A stretch of 58,465 nt of DNA from Promethearchaeota archaeon (lineage in GTDB: Archaea > Asgardarchaeota > Lokiarchaeia > Sigyniarchaeales > SOKP01). The position numbers were made by a program, and so were the translations under genes. A model generated the notes under the pieces. That model did not search any database. It saw only the letters and a program-made list of their open reading frames with translations, and was not told the DNA's origin. Shown here piece after piece: positions 40,697-51,353 of the stretch (position 1 is the stretch's first letter; each line of letters starts with the position of its first letter). The stretch spans positions 1 through 58,465 of the forward strand of contig JAFGGO010000036.1 in the NCBI GenBank assembly GCA_016930515.1, given 5' to 3'.

Positions 40697-40845
40697 ACAA
40701 TGCATTTTAATTTATTAAGGAATATTACAATATCAACTTTTGGTATATATATCATGAATTGTTTGAAAATGCAAAACTTTGATCAATATTTTTTTATTGA
40801 AGAAAAAATATTAGAAATTTAAACTCACTAAGCTAATTTTTTTCC

Positions 40846-42273
40846 ATGTTAAGCGCCATTATCGTGATTAGTTGTTTTATTGGAGTGATTATTTTAATTA
40901 TCACGGACAAATTAAATAGGGCCATAGCAGCGCTTTTAGGTGCCATTATAACATATTTCACTTTAATCCTGATCGAGGGAAAAGACTTCACGCTCATCAT
41001 GGATCTGTTGTTTGGCACGCTGGCGGATGGATTTATCAACCTGCATTCACTAATACTAATACTTTCAATGATGCTCATCGTAATTGTCGCTCACGAGGCG
41101 GGACTCTTTCAATTCATTTCAATAATGTTTATTAAATATTCGAAAGGAAAACCCGTACCCTTATTAATAGGATTATGCTCAATTACCGTGCTCATTTCTG
41201 CCTTATTAAATAACATATTAACGGTGATTATTCTCATTCCCCTAACTATTACAATGTCTCGAATTTTAAACATCGATCCCTCACCATACATCTTGACCGA
41301 AGCTGTTTTAGTCAACATTGGAGGGACAATGTTTTCAATCTCCTCAATTCCTAATATTCTAATAACCGCATATGCAAAAATTTCTTTCTTGGAATTTTTT
41401 CTCAATGTAGGCGTTTTCTCGTTAATAATCTTTGTTTTTACTGTTATTTTTTTCGTATTTCTCTACAAAAGTTCTCTAAGAATCCCTGAAGAAAGCGCAA
41501 AGATTTTAAGAGAATTTAATGTGTGGAACTTTGTTCAAAATAAGAGACTTTTATACGAAAGCATGATCGCTCTAATTATTGTTTTTGTTTTGTTTATTTT
41601 ACTACCTACAAGTGTTATAACGCCAGATATGATTGCGCTAACGGTTGCAATAATTTTAATAGTTGTTAGTCGTCTAAATCCTAAAGAGATTATTTCTAAA
41701 GTTGATCTCGAATTAATTTTTTATTTATTAGGAATTTTTGTCATTACTGGGGCATTTGATATTTTAGGAATAACACAAATGTTGGGATCAGTCCTTTCTT
41801 TAGTCAGTGGAAATGCTTTTGTTCAACTAATCTTTGTATTGTGGATTTCTGCTTTTTTAAGCAGCATTATCGACAACATCCCAATTACTCAAGTATTAAT
41901 TCCTGTTATCGGAGAAATGCCCGTTGGGATAGGAAATCAAAAGTTTTATAGCTTAGCTATTGGTGCGAATTGGGGAGACAATTTAACACCCTTAGGAGAT
42001 AACATATTAGTCGTTAATCTCGCTGAAAAGCACAAGAGACCAATTAGTTTCAAACAATTTTTTAAAATCGGTTTTGTAACGACCTTGTATCAATTAGCAG
42101 TAATTTCCTTGATTTTCTTGGTGATATTCTACCTATTTATTGGGTTGGTGATTATAATCATAATATATGGTTGGTTAACTTTCTTTTATTTATTGAGTAA
42201 AAGAGGACCTAAATCATTAAGCTTAAAAATTAATAATTTATCAACTAAATTTAAAAATATTATTATAAAATAA
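40846..42273 (+). CDS. ArsB/NhaD/SLC13 (P-protein-like) permease
   Basis: 'SALLNN', 'NIGG...ISSIPNI', 'SSIIDNIP', 'GANWGDNLTPLG'. Confidence 0.85.
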   Translation: MLSAIIVISCFIGVIILIITDKLNRAIAALLGAIITYFTLILIEGKDFTLIMDLLFGTLADGFINLHSLILILSMMLIVIVAHEAGLFQFISIMFIKYSKGKPVPLLIGLCSITVLISALLNNILTVIILIPLTITMSRILNIDPSPYILTEAVLVNIGGTMFSISSIPNILITAYAKISFLEFFLNVGVFSLIIFVFTVIFFVFLYKSSLRIPEESAKILREFNVWNFVQNKRLLYESMIALIIVFVLFILLPTSVITPDMIALTVAIILIVVSRLNPKEIISKVDLELIFYLLGIFVITGAFDILGITQMLGSVLSLVSGNAFVQLIFVLWISAFLSSIIDNIPITQVLIPVIGEMPVGIGNQKFYSLAIGANWGDNLTPLGDNILVVNLAEKHKRPISFKQFFKIGFVTTLYQLAVISLIFLVIFYLFIGLVIIIIIYGWLTFFYLLSKRGPKSLSLKINNLSTKFKNIIIK

Positions 42274-42423
42274 CCAAATACAAATCATAATTATTTAGCA
42301 AAATTTCTTTAAATCAATTGATTGATTAAAAACTGTAACTAAAACTATTCAATTTGAAGAAAAAGTTTAACTCCTTCCTAATAATAATATTCTCATTAAT
42401 TAAAAACAATTTTTCGAATTAAA

Positions 42424-43865
42424 ATGTGGTTAAGTCCAATAATCATCATTCTATGCTTTGTTAGTGTAATAGTTTTAATAGTATCTCAAAAAGTGAATAG
42501 AGCAATAGCTGCATTGGCTTGCGCAATGATTACATATTTCGTTCTGATTTTTTTAGAAGGATTGGACTATTCGGTACTAATTTCTTTATTGTTCGGAACG
42601 CTTGAGGATGGATTTGTTAATTTGCACTCTCTGTTATTGATCATTAGCATGATGTTAATAATAGCCATCTCTAACGATGCAGGAATTTTTCAATTTTTGG
42701 CAATAAAATTAATTGTATTTTCTAAGGGAAAACCAATGCGATTGACAATTATTTTATGCTCCTTATGTGTATTTATCGCTAGCATCCTTAATAATATCTT
42801 GGCCATAATCATCCTCATTCCTTTAACAATAACAATCTCGCGGATTTTAGCCATTGATCCCTCGCCTTTTATCCTCATGGAAGCGGTAATCGTTAATATT
42901 GGGGGATCCATACTCGTCATTTCATCCATTCCAAATATCTTAATTTCTGCGTACGCACAAATAACATTTATAGATTTTTTTGTAAATCTAGGAATCATTT
43001 CCATAGTGCTATTTTTCTTTACAATCGTTTTATTTATTTTGTTATACAAAAACGAAATAAAAATTCCCAAAGAAGGAATTTCGATTTTAAAGGAATTTAA
43101 TGCGTGGAATCTAGTACAAGATAACAAGGTTTTTTATAGGTGCTTGTTTGGATTGGTTATCTTAATGTTATTGTTTATTTTCGTTCCTCCCTCTGTAATT
43201 TCTTCAGACATTATCGCTTTAAGCATTGCTATTATATTAGCTTTAATTAGTAAAATGAATGTAAGAGACGTAATTTCTAAAGTTGATTTGGAATTGATCT
43301 TTTATTTGTGCGGAATTTTTATAATAGCGGGAGCGCTTGAAATTTTAGGGATATTAGAAGCCATAGGCGAAGGTTTGAAAAATATTGGGGCGATCTTTTT
43401 ACTCAAATAATTTTAATCTTATGGTTATCTGCGGTACTATCTGCTGCAATAGATAACGCACCCATTACCAAGGTTTTAATCCCTATAGTTGGAACGATGT
43501 CAGGAAGCGTGACATTAAATAGTTCTAAAGAAATATTTTATAGTTTAGCGATTGGAGCTAATTGGGGGGAAAATTTAACACCTTTAGGTGATAATATCCT
43601 CGTGGTAAATCTTGCCGAGCAAAACAAGCGACCTATAAGTTTTAAACAATTCTTTAAACTTGGATTTATAACAACAATATATCAATTATCCATTATATCG
43701 CTGTATTATACTATAAAGTTCCATTTTTTAATAGGGATTATAATTGTTGTTTCGATAATTGCATTTGTTTTATTATTACTTTTCCTCAAACGGCAAAAAT
43801 TTAAAGGGCTTGATGTAAAGATTAATCATATAATAAGCAAAATTAGAAACATAATTATAAAGTGA
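42424..43865 (+). pseudogene. Tandem paralog of the ArsB/NhaD permease with a single frameshift
   Basis: Adding one G to GGGG at 43387-43390 joins ORF 42424..43410 to 'GGDLFTQIILILWLSAVLSAAIDNAP' and to ORF 43497..43865. Confidence 0.8.
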
Positions 43866-43872
43866 AAGTAAA

Positions 43873-44517
43873 GTGGTTTTTAAAAACATAAATCGAATAA
43901 AAAACGCTTTACCAGAAATCATTCATATCGCAATGTTTTACAACAATGGGACGATTTTTCAAACGACTTTCGATCAAGAGTTTAACATTCCAAAAATGGG
44001 CGAAAATTTGGCAAGAGCGGTGCAAAGGATGCGAAATGTATACGAGATATGTAATTTAAAAATGGGCGCAGAGGATTATAAAAAACTCATTTTTGAAACG
44101 AAAGACATGTCAACAATCATTATAAAATTGGGAGAAGACAGCAATTTAGTGTTGTTTTTCAAGCAAGAAGAGCAGGTCGATAAAAAGTTGAAATCAATCA
44201 GGCGATACATCAAAAGAATTGAAGAGCTAATCGACATAGACAAATACGAATTGGACTTCTTGGAGCTGAAACAATGCGAAGATGATATCAAGGAATTGAA
44301 AAAAAACCTCGAATTAAAACATCAAGAAAAAATAAAGCTCGAGGAAGAATCGAATAAGTTGGAAATATCTGAGGATAGAGTAAAAGAAATATTAAAAAAT
44401 AAAGAAACGATTCTGGAAGAATGCTCCATTCTCGAAAAAAGGATCGAAGAAAAGCAGAAAGAAGCAGAAATTATCAAGGAAAAGATTGAACAGAAAAAAA
44501 AAACATCCAATACTTAA
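43873..44517 (+). CDS. Roadblock/longin/profilin-like domain plus long coiled coil
   Basis: 'IAMFYNNGTIF..YKKLIFETKDMSTIIIKLGEDSNLVLFF' followed by E/K-rich heptads. Confidence 0.55.
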   Translation: MVFKNINRIKNALPEIIHIAMFYNNGTIFQTTFDQEFNIPKMGENLARAVQRMRNVYEICNLKMGAEDYKKLIFETKDMSTIIIKLGEDSNLVLFFKQEEQVDKKLKSIRRYIKRIEELIDIDKYELDFLELKQCEDDIKELKKNLELKHQEKIKLEEESNKLEISEDRVKEILKNKETILEECSILEKRIEEKQKEAEIIKEKIEQKKKTSNT

Positions 44518-44519
44518 TC

Positions 44520-45515
44520 TTACGATTCTTCTTTGTAGTAATGAGCCATCCTTCGCTTTTCCCTAAGAAGGGCTTTTTCCTTTTCTTTAAGCCGTAGTTT
44601 TTTAAATTTTTTTATCGAATCGTCAATTAATATGCCAATTTTATCAAACATCTCGTTAAATCCTATATAAGTAGCCCTTTTATGGATTAAATCCTGAATT
44701 TCTTGAGAACAATCCCTTGGAGCTCGATTAAACAACTCATTGAATAATTCACTAAATAATTCGGAATTGCTTTCCCAGATATCTTTAATTTTGCCGAATT
44801 TCCGTTTAAAACCTTTTTGAAAATATGAAAATAATTTTTCAAATAAGTTTAGGTGATTATCGGAAAGTTGTATTATAATGGAATAGAAAACCAACGCAAT
44901 CTCGTCTAAATCCATTGAAGGGTTGAAGATTCTTTTTGAAGGAAATTCCTCGAAATCAATGTTTATTACGGGTTCGGATACTGCCGTTAAGGGATAAAGC
45001 TGGTAAATGTCATCTATTTCCTTGCAGTGAATTCTCTCGTTATGACCCCGATCTCCCAATCCAAAGACGTAAGCCACGCAAGCGCACTTTCCCGCCCAAA
45101 AGAAAATGTGGGGGATGATTTTTTCGTCGATTAAGAATTTTTTTGGCAGGTTAAGTAAGTCATATCCGGGTAAATATTTCTCACTTATACAACCAAGCGA
45201 TTGGTGATATACCACTTCAAAATCGTAATTGTGTATTTTGGATAAAATTTGGTTACAGTACACTTCGTTCCACGCTTTTTCGGGAGGCAATCTCTTGACA
45301 ACAATACCGTAAGGGAGTTGTTCCGAAAATAAAACGAATTTTGGCAGGTTTCAAGAAGCGAGGTATTTGTACATCACGAGTATTTTTTTCTTCTCGTTAA
45401 ATCGCTCTCTAAGAACAGAATTAATGAGATTGTATTCTAAATCTGATTTAAAAAGGGGAAAAAGAGCTTCAGGTAAAGCGTGACTAAAATCTTTCTCATC
45501 GTCATTGTTTTGCAT
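44520..45515 (-). CDS. PI3K/PI4K/PIKK-like atypical kinase with in-frame TGA at codon 55
   Basis: 'CVAYVFGLGDRGHN', 'INIDF', 'IVVKR'. The ATG at 45515 is in frame and interrupted only by TGA at 45351-45353. Confidence 0.6.
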
Positions 45516-45532
45516 TTGTTATTCAAGAACGA

Positions 45533-45709
45533 TCATGTATATAATTCTTCTTCATCTTCGTCTTTTAAGGGCTTCTCAGTTTCTTCTGAAATTAAAACCA
45601 CATCACTATCGAGATTTTCAATGGCTTCTTGATCACCTTCGAATTCGTCTCCGTAAGCATCAGATTCTACCTTTTTTTTATTTAATTTTTTTTTATCTTT
45701 TTTTTGCAT
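45533..45709 (-). CDS. 58-aa protein, basic then acidic (not in the ORF track)
   Basis: GAGGT SD; MQKKDKKKLNKKKVESDAYGDEFEGDQEAIENLDSDVVLISEETEKPLKDEDEEELYT*. Confidence 0.55.
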   Translation of the reverse strand: MQKKDKKKLNKKKVESDAYGDEFEGDQEAIENLDSDVVLISEETEKPLKDEDEEELYT

Positions 45710-45783
45710 TATTATACCTCTTTATATTTATTTACATGACACACATTCTCTAAATAAAAGATAAGAAACTCGAATTTATTAAC

Positions 45784-45975
45784 CTATTTCCGTTCCGTGA
45801 TAGCTATAATTTCCGATAGTGGAATGTAAGTTATGTGAGCGTTTTTGTCCTCCAATAAGATAAGATCTGATTCGTTAATAGCTCTAATTACCCCCGCAAA
45901 TTCTTTGTCAATATGCCTGAGATATATAAAAACATGGTTATTAACTAGATTTTCAACAATCTTTTTTGGTATCAT
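45784..45975 (-). CDS. Small Sm/LSm-like fold protein
   Basis: Helix then 'VFIYLR...EFAGVIRAINE..LILLED...YIPLSEIIAI', an Sm1/Sm2-like pattern. Confidence 0.55.
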   Translation of the reverse strand: MIPKKIVENLVNNHVFIYLRHIDKEFAGVIRAINESDLILLEDKNAHITYIPLSEIIAITERK

Positions 45976-46182
45976 ATTTGTGTATTTTTCATTTTTTATA
46001 ATAGGTTTTATTCAATTTTCAAATATAAATATAATTGAATTCATTAATATCGTTATTATTTATTATGTGTAGAAAACAATTTAATACATGTAAAAATGAA
46101 ATAAAAATCTTTAAAATCCATTTTTTGCAGCTAATAAGGATTTTAAAGCAATAATATAACTTTTAAATTTCGAAATAACTCT

Positions 46183-46755
46183 TCATTTAACTTCGATGGT
46201 CTTCTTTTCTATTTTTACGGGCTCTTTTTTGGGAATTGTTACTTTTAAAATACCTTTATCTAAAGTTGCGTTGACAAGATCTTCGTTTGCATTTTCGGGC
46301 AAGCTAAAACATCGATAGTAACTAGAAGAACGATACTCTCTTCGAACTAACTTCCCCTCTTTTTCTTCTCTTTTTTCTTCCTTTGCTTCGCCTTTAATTT
46401 CCAAGTTGCCATCGTGAATGGAAACGGTAATGTCCGACTTGTTTAGTCCAGGCATTTCTGCAACTATGTTAAAATTCTTATCGTCTTCAGTAATATTTGA
46501 AAGGGGAGTCCTAAAAAGTGGTTCTTTTTCCATTTCTGATAATATCGATGGGCCCCAACGCCTCGAACTAAACGGCCACATGAAATTTCCGAATAGATCT
46601 CTTGTCATATCGTCAAAGTATCGATCCATTTCTTGAAAGAGCGAAAATGGGCGATCCCTCCTAATTGCAATTTCTCGGGGTTCTTTTTCTTCCTTTTCTT
46701 TCTTTTTGCTTTTATCTTTCTTGACTTGAATTTGTTCACTCATTGTTAAAACCAT
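46183..46755 (-). CDS. Small heat shock protein Hsp20
   Basis: Alpha-crystallin domain 'AEMPGL', 'GILKVTIPK'; C-terminal IEV motif. Confidence 0.93.
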   Translation of the reverse strand: MVLTMSEQIQVKKDKSKKKEKEEKEPREIAIRRDRPFSLFQEMDRYFDDMTRDLFGNFMWPFSSRRWGPSILSEMEKEPLFRTPLSNITEDDKNFNIVAEMPGLNKSDITVSIHDGNLEIKGEAKEEKREEKEGKLVRREYRSSSYYRCFSLPENANEDLVNATLDKGILKVTIPKKEPVKIEKKTIEVK

Positions 46756-46955
46756 TTTTAAAATTCTTAATTGGTTTCAAGGAATTTAAAGAATATTGCG
46801 TATTTAACTCTATCTGCCATTTACGCTTTACTAGCACCATAACAGAGATCTTATAGGCGAAATTTGATAGTATGAAAGATTCTCCTCTTAAAAGAGTATT
46901 ATAACTCATGGTTTTTTAAATTTTATAGGATATAAGAATTTTTATCAAAAGAGAT

Positions 46956-47384
46956 TTATTTTTTAAAAAGTCCGGTAATTTCGGCGCTATCTAAAGCGTG
47001 GTCTTCGATAAGTTCCTCAAAATTCTTCTTATTTACGCCTTCTATTTTAGTTAAATCGAGAGCGTAGACCTTGAAATTATATCTATGAGTCCCACTTGGA
47101 GGGGCTGGACCACCATAACCTTTTTTACCAAAGTCATTAACGAGTTCTATTCCAGGAACGGGGCCACCTTGAGGGATTTCGTTGATCTTAGCAGGAATGT
47201 TTATGACGATCCAATGAACCCAATTACCCGAGGGCGCGTCGGGATCATTGCACGACAACGCAAAGCACATCGTTTTGGGAGGGAATTTCTCCCATTTAAG
47301 GTGAGGCGAGATGTTCTTGGTTTTATACCCAAATTTACTGTCCAAAAACCCATTATGTTTGAAATCGTTACTACTCAATTTCAT
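46956..47384 (-). CDS. YbhB/YbcL (PEBP/Raf kinase inhibitor-like) protein
   Basis: 'DPDAP..WVHW', 'GYGGPAPPSGTHRY.F.VYALD'. Confidence 0.93.
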   Translation of the reverse strand: MKLSSNDFKHNGFLDSKFGYKTKNISPHLKWEKFPPKTMCFALSCNDPDAPSGNWVHWIVINIPAKINEIPQGGPVPGIELVNDFGKKGYGGPAPPSGTHRYNFKVYALDLTKIEGVNKKNFEELIEDHALDSAEITGLFKK

Positions 47385-47563
47385 ATGTTGTGGTTACACA
47401 ACAATTATATTTAACAATTTAGTAGAAGCAAATTATATCTTTATATTCATCCAATCCAGTATTTTCAATTAAAATTAAGTGCAAAAATAAAAAAAAAATT
47501 TAGTTTAGAATTTTTATAAGTAGAAAAACGCTTTAATCTTGAAGGACTTGGCTAACTACTTTT

Positions 47564-47758
47564 TTAGTTAATTTTGCCGTAATTATTAAGAACAATTGGA
47601 GCACGAGGCAGACTATTATGAGCCCCATAAGTGCAAAAATAATCATAATACCTATCGTTCTTGGCCAATCGCTTCAGTTCGTTCGTAAAAACGAGTTCTT
47701 TTTTGGTAATTATTGCATTTTCCTGAGCTCGGAATTCAAGTTCGTTAATATTCTCCAT
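47564..47758 (-). CDS. Small hypothetical protein
   Basis: Isolated 64-aa ORF flanked by AT-rich DNA. Confidence 0.4.
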   Translation of the reverse strand: MENINELEFRAQENAIITKKELVFTNELKRLAKNDRYYDYFCTYGAHNSLPRAPIVLNNYGKIN

Positions 47759-47956
47759 AAGTAAATGGCATGCAAGTTGTTCTAATTAACTTTTTTGTGA
47801 AATAAAAAAATCATCGTTATAAGATAAAAGATGATTTTGAGATCTTAATAAACAATTTTAAATTTATTGATTAAATTTTAGGGGAAAAGGTTTTTAACGA
47901 ATATTGCTATTTGTGATTTATTTAAAACCCAAATATAACTTCTCAAGTGAAAATAA

Positions 47957-48979
47957 GTGGTATCAGACCTAATTACTATTGGATCGTGCACGCTTGATTG
48001 CATGATTAGCATCAACGATATTTTGCGGTTTGAAATGTTTGACCGAAACAAGAACGGACAAGAGATCAAGAAGAAATACACCGCAATCGAATATAGTAGA
48101 AAGCTCAATATTGATGGAGTGACGTTCGTTCCAGGAGGGTCAGCTGCAAACATTGCTGCAGATTGTTCCATGCTCGGGTTAAAAAGCGCTTATGTGGGAC
48201 TTCTTGGAAACGATTTTGCGGCGAGTATCTGCCTCGAAGATTTAAAAAGTAGGGGCGTCGACTTATCGGAAGTAATTCAAACGAACCAAGATAAAACGGC
48301 ATTTTCCGTCATCTTACGCACGGAATGGGGCAAGGATAGGAGCATCCTTGCGTATAAGGGCGCAAATAACCTGCTCCAACCATCGGACGTGAAAGACGAA
48401 TTATTCAGGGGTATTAAGGCTTTTGCATGGACCTCGTTAACAACGGAAAATGGCTGTAAAGCAATTGATAAGGCCATAACGCTCACGAAACAAGCAGGTG
48501 GTTCCGTTTTTGCAGCACCGAGCATGTCCATCATCAAGCACAACCCACAATGGGCTAAGACTTTGCTTGGGAAATCGGATGTCGTTTCTTTAAACAAAGA
48601 AGAGGCACAAGAATTTACGGATAAAACCGAAACGATCCAAATGATTCAAAAGTTTTTAAAACTTGGAGTTAAATTAATCTCGATCACGGATGGTCCTAAT
48701 GGATCTATCATATCTGATGGAAAACAAATCGTAAATAGTGCTGTATTCAAGGGGGACGTGAAAGACACGACAGGGGCAGGAGATGCTTTTCTTAGCGGTT
48801 TATTAGTGTCTTACCTGAACAAGTTCCCCTTGGAAAAAACCAGCAAGTTAGCCACGGCAATGTCCTTTTTGGAATGCCGGGAAATTGGTGTCAGGGTAGG
48901 AATGCCAACCAGCTTGAAGGAATTAGAGCAATTCGTTCAAGAAAATGCCATAAAACAAGTCATGAGCAAGATTATTTAA
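47957..48979 (+). CDS. PfkB-family carbohydrate kinase
   Basis: 'GGSAANIA' and 'DTTGAGDAF'. Confidence 0.92.
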   Translation: MVSDLITIGSCTLDCMISINDILRFEMFDRNKNGQEIKKKYTAIEYSRKLNIDGVTFVPGGSAANIAADCSMLGLKSAYVGLLGNDFAASICLEDLKSRGVDLSEVIQTNQDKTAFSVILRTEWGKDRSILAYKGANNLLQPSDVKDELFRGIKAFAWTSLTTENGCKAIDKAITLTKQAGGSVFAAPSMSIIKHNPQWAKTLLGKSDVVSLNKEEAQEFTDKTETIQMIQKFLKLGVKLISITDGPNGSIISDGKQIVNSAVFKGDVKDTTGAGDAFLSGLLVSYLNKFPLEKTSKLATAMSFLECREIGVRVGMPTSLKELEQFVQENAIKQVMSKII

Positions 48980-48999
48980 TTGTTTTTTTTTGCACAACG

Positions 49000-49857
49000 C
49001 TATTTAGATAATATAAGCGGTATTTTGGCTTTAAAGTAATTTTTTGTAATGTTTAATAGGAAAACGATGTAATCTTGCTTCGATTTCGTGTTATATATGT
49101 GGTTAAAATGGTTCTTGAGGTCCTTCAATAAGATTGGATCGTCTTTTTTATCCTTGAAATGTTCGATCAAGCCTTGAGAATATGTGTAAGCCTTGTTAAT
49201 CTCGTTTTTGATCAGGATAAAACTTCTCACGAGATCGTGTTCGTTAAGAAATTTTTCAACCATATTTCGTTCGATTTTTAAATGTTCCTCTGATAAAATT
49301 CCATTATTATCAGTAATGATGATATCCCCTTCTAATTTAATATAATCATCGAGTAGATCGTAATTAGGATCTCTTTCTCCTTTTCGGATAATGGAAATGT
49401 CGTGCGCAAATGTTTCTCGAGTGATAAATTCTAAAAAATCGGATAAATGGTCGTAAAGGAACTCTTCTTTAAGAACAAGGGTCACTTTTTTTTTGTTAAA
49501 AATCGCTTTTAGAAGGCGTGTAAGAAGTGGAATCGAACAATTCAACTTAATGAGGTTCAGATCGAGAGTCTCACGCTTAATTTGTTCTAACCAATCTTGC
49601 TCCTTTTTATCTGATTCTTTTTTTCCAGGAGGATTGAGCTTCAGGTCTGCTATAAAACAATCCCTAAAAATGAAATTCTCGTCAACATATCCGATGAAAG
49701 AATGTTCGCAAACGCTATTCTTGGGAATTTCTGCAGCGTATAAGCCTCTTTCGGAGCGTTCGTGGATTTGTTTTGAAATATTTACCCATCCGACTTTTTT
49801 ACAAATAGGACACCGTACTTCTATTGATTTTTGATTCTTCTTCATGGCGTGTTCCAA
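49000..49857 (-). CDS. Hypothetical protein with N-terminal Zn-binding CxxC...CxH domain
   Basis: 'VRCPICKK...CEHSFIGYVDENF'. Confidence 0.6.
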   Translation of the reverse strand: MEHAMKKNQKSIEVRCPICKKVGWVNISKQIHERSERGLYAAEIPKNSVCEHSFIGYVDENFIFRDCFIADLKLNPPGKKESDKKEQDWLEQIKRETLDLNLIKLNCSIPLLTRLLKAIFNKKKVTLVLKEEFLYDHLSDFLEFITRETFAHDISIIRKGERDPNYDLLDDYIKLEGDIIITDNNGILSEEHLKIERNMVEKFLNEHDLVRSFILIKNEINKAYTYSQGLIEHFKDKKDDPILLKDLKNHFNHIYNTKSKQDYIVFLLNITKNYFKAKIPLILSK

Positions 49858-49974
49858 CCCAAGTAAAGCTACTAGTTCGAGAATCGTAAAACGATTTTTG
49901 TAAGTGAAAAAATATACCTTCGTATCTAAGTGTTTACCATATTGTATTAACCGATTAATAAAAATACCTCTTAA

Positions 49975-50691
49975 TTATAAGAGGATTTTCTTCAACCATC
50001 GAGGTAAGGTAAAACCAAGATAAAGTAAGATTGCAACAATCCCAGAACTAATCCGAACCACCAAGAGAAATAAAAACGGAAAATCGCCATTTTCTAATAC
50101 GATTAATACAGCTAAGATAGATAGGGCAATCGTGATGATTTTTCCCTTGATTTTAACCTCTTGATCGTCAGACAACCAGGCGTGAATCGAAAACGCAAAA
50201 CCAAAAATAAGAATAGTGAATAAAGTTGCAAACGAGAACACCGTGTATAGTGGAGTATATAGGATCGTGTGTGGATTGGTTTTCTCAACGAGAATGGAGT
50301 AATCAAGCACGCTAATAAAAAACAATAGCACTGAAATTCCAATAAAAACAGAAATGACAAACCATTTTAGGATTTTTGTTAAAGATAAAAGTTCTGAGAT
50401 GGTGGAAATAAAGAAATAAATAATGAAGGGAACCGCAATGATTAACAACATGACATATACCTGAGCGCTAAGCCCATCGCTCGAAGGTAATAAGAATATG
50501 ACAAACTTGTTTAGAAAACTACTCCACCAAAGCGAGCTCATTGCGATAACAGAAATGCCAAAATCAAGTAATGCTTTTGAGTGATATTTAAAATATAATC
50601 TGATCATGTGAATTCCACTTATAATATATGTCAATATAACGCCAAGCGTTATAAACATGAATATTACTTGTTCTGGTTCCAGTAAGATCAA
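49975..50691 (-). CDS. 7-TM membrane protein
   Basis: Seven hydrophobic segments; C-terminal 'YLGFTLPRWLK'. Confidence 0.65.
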   Translation of the reverse strand: MILLEPEQVIFMFITLGVILTYIISGIHMIRLYFKYHSKALLDFGISVIAMSSLWWSSFLNKFVIFLLPSSDGLSAQVYVMLLIIAVPFIIYFFISTISELLSLTKILKWFVISVFIGISVLLFFISVLDYSILVEKTNPHTILYTPLYTVFSFATLFTILIFGFAFSIHAWLSDDQEVKIKGKIITIALSILAVLIVLENGDFPFLFLLVVRISSGIVAILLYLGFTLPRWLKKILL

Positions 50692-50881
50692 CTCGTTTAA
50701 TAGTTATTTGTTATAATATCATCGAGGACTTAAAAATATTTTTTTAGAAATATTAAAATTAATTTTTTGTTTAAATAGATTCACTTTAAATTGATATTAT
50801 ATTTTAGAAATTACATACGCTCCCTTGTTTTTTATATTTTGGTAATGAATAATAAAAAAATATTATAGATTAAAAAAAAAG

Positions 50882-51160
50882 GTGACATTTAAAACGATCC
50901 GGGCAAAAATCACAAACGATTTAAATAAATTCAAAAATACGAGAGAATTTAAAATCACCAGAGCTCGACGCACGACAGAAAACGGCATTGTCCAAGTAAA
51001 CGGAAACCTACTTTTTGCGCTTAACTTCAAGACGCAGGAATGGAAGGTTTTTGATCGATTGTTAAAAGATTGGATTGGAATAGGAACGATGCATCCGTAT
51101 TTCAACCAATACATCGTCCCAATTTTAGATTTTTTTCGAGATTCATTTCCAGGAAATTAA
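50882..51160 (+). CDS. Hypothetical protein
   Basis: 92-aa ORF in a higher-GC patch between AT-rich spacers. Confidence 0.45.
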   Translation: MTFKTIRAKITNDLNKFKNTREFKITRARRTTENGIVQVNGNLLFALNFKTQEWKVFDRLLKDWIGIGTMHPYFNQYIVPILDFFRDSFPGN

Positions 51161-51353
51161 TTTTCTTATATATTTTTTCTATTTATTCAATCATTATTAT
51201 TCTTTTTGAATCATTTTTTCAAACATGAATATTGAGAAACTTTAGGAAAATAGAGATTTTTGATGCTTATATCGGGATTTTATAAATCTTTTAAGTAAAT
51301 ATTAGGAAAATACTTTAGATTTCTAAAAATTCAATTTTAATAAGAAAAGAAAG

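Noticed and set aside
45505-45753. 82-aa plus-strand ORF
   Set aside because: Antisense to the better supported 58-aa SD-led ORF; low-complexity Phe/Leu sequence arising from T-runs.
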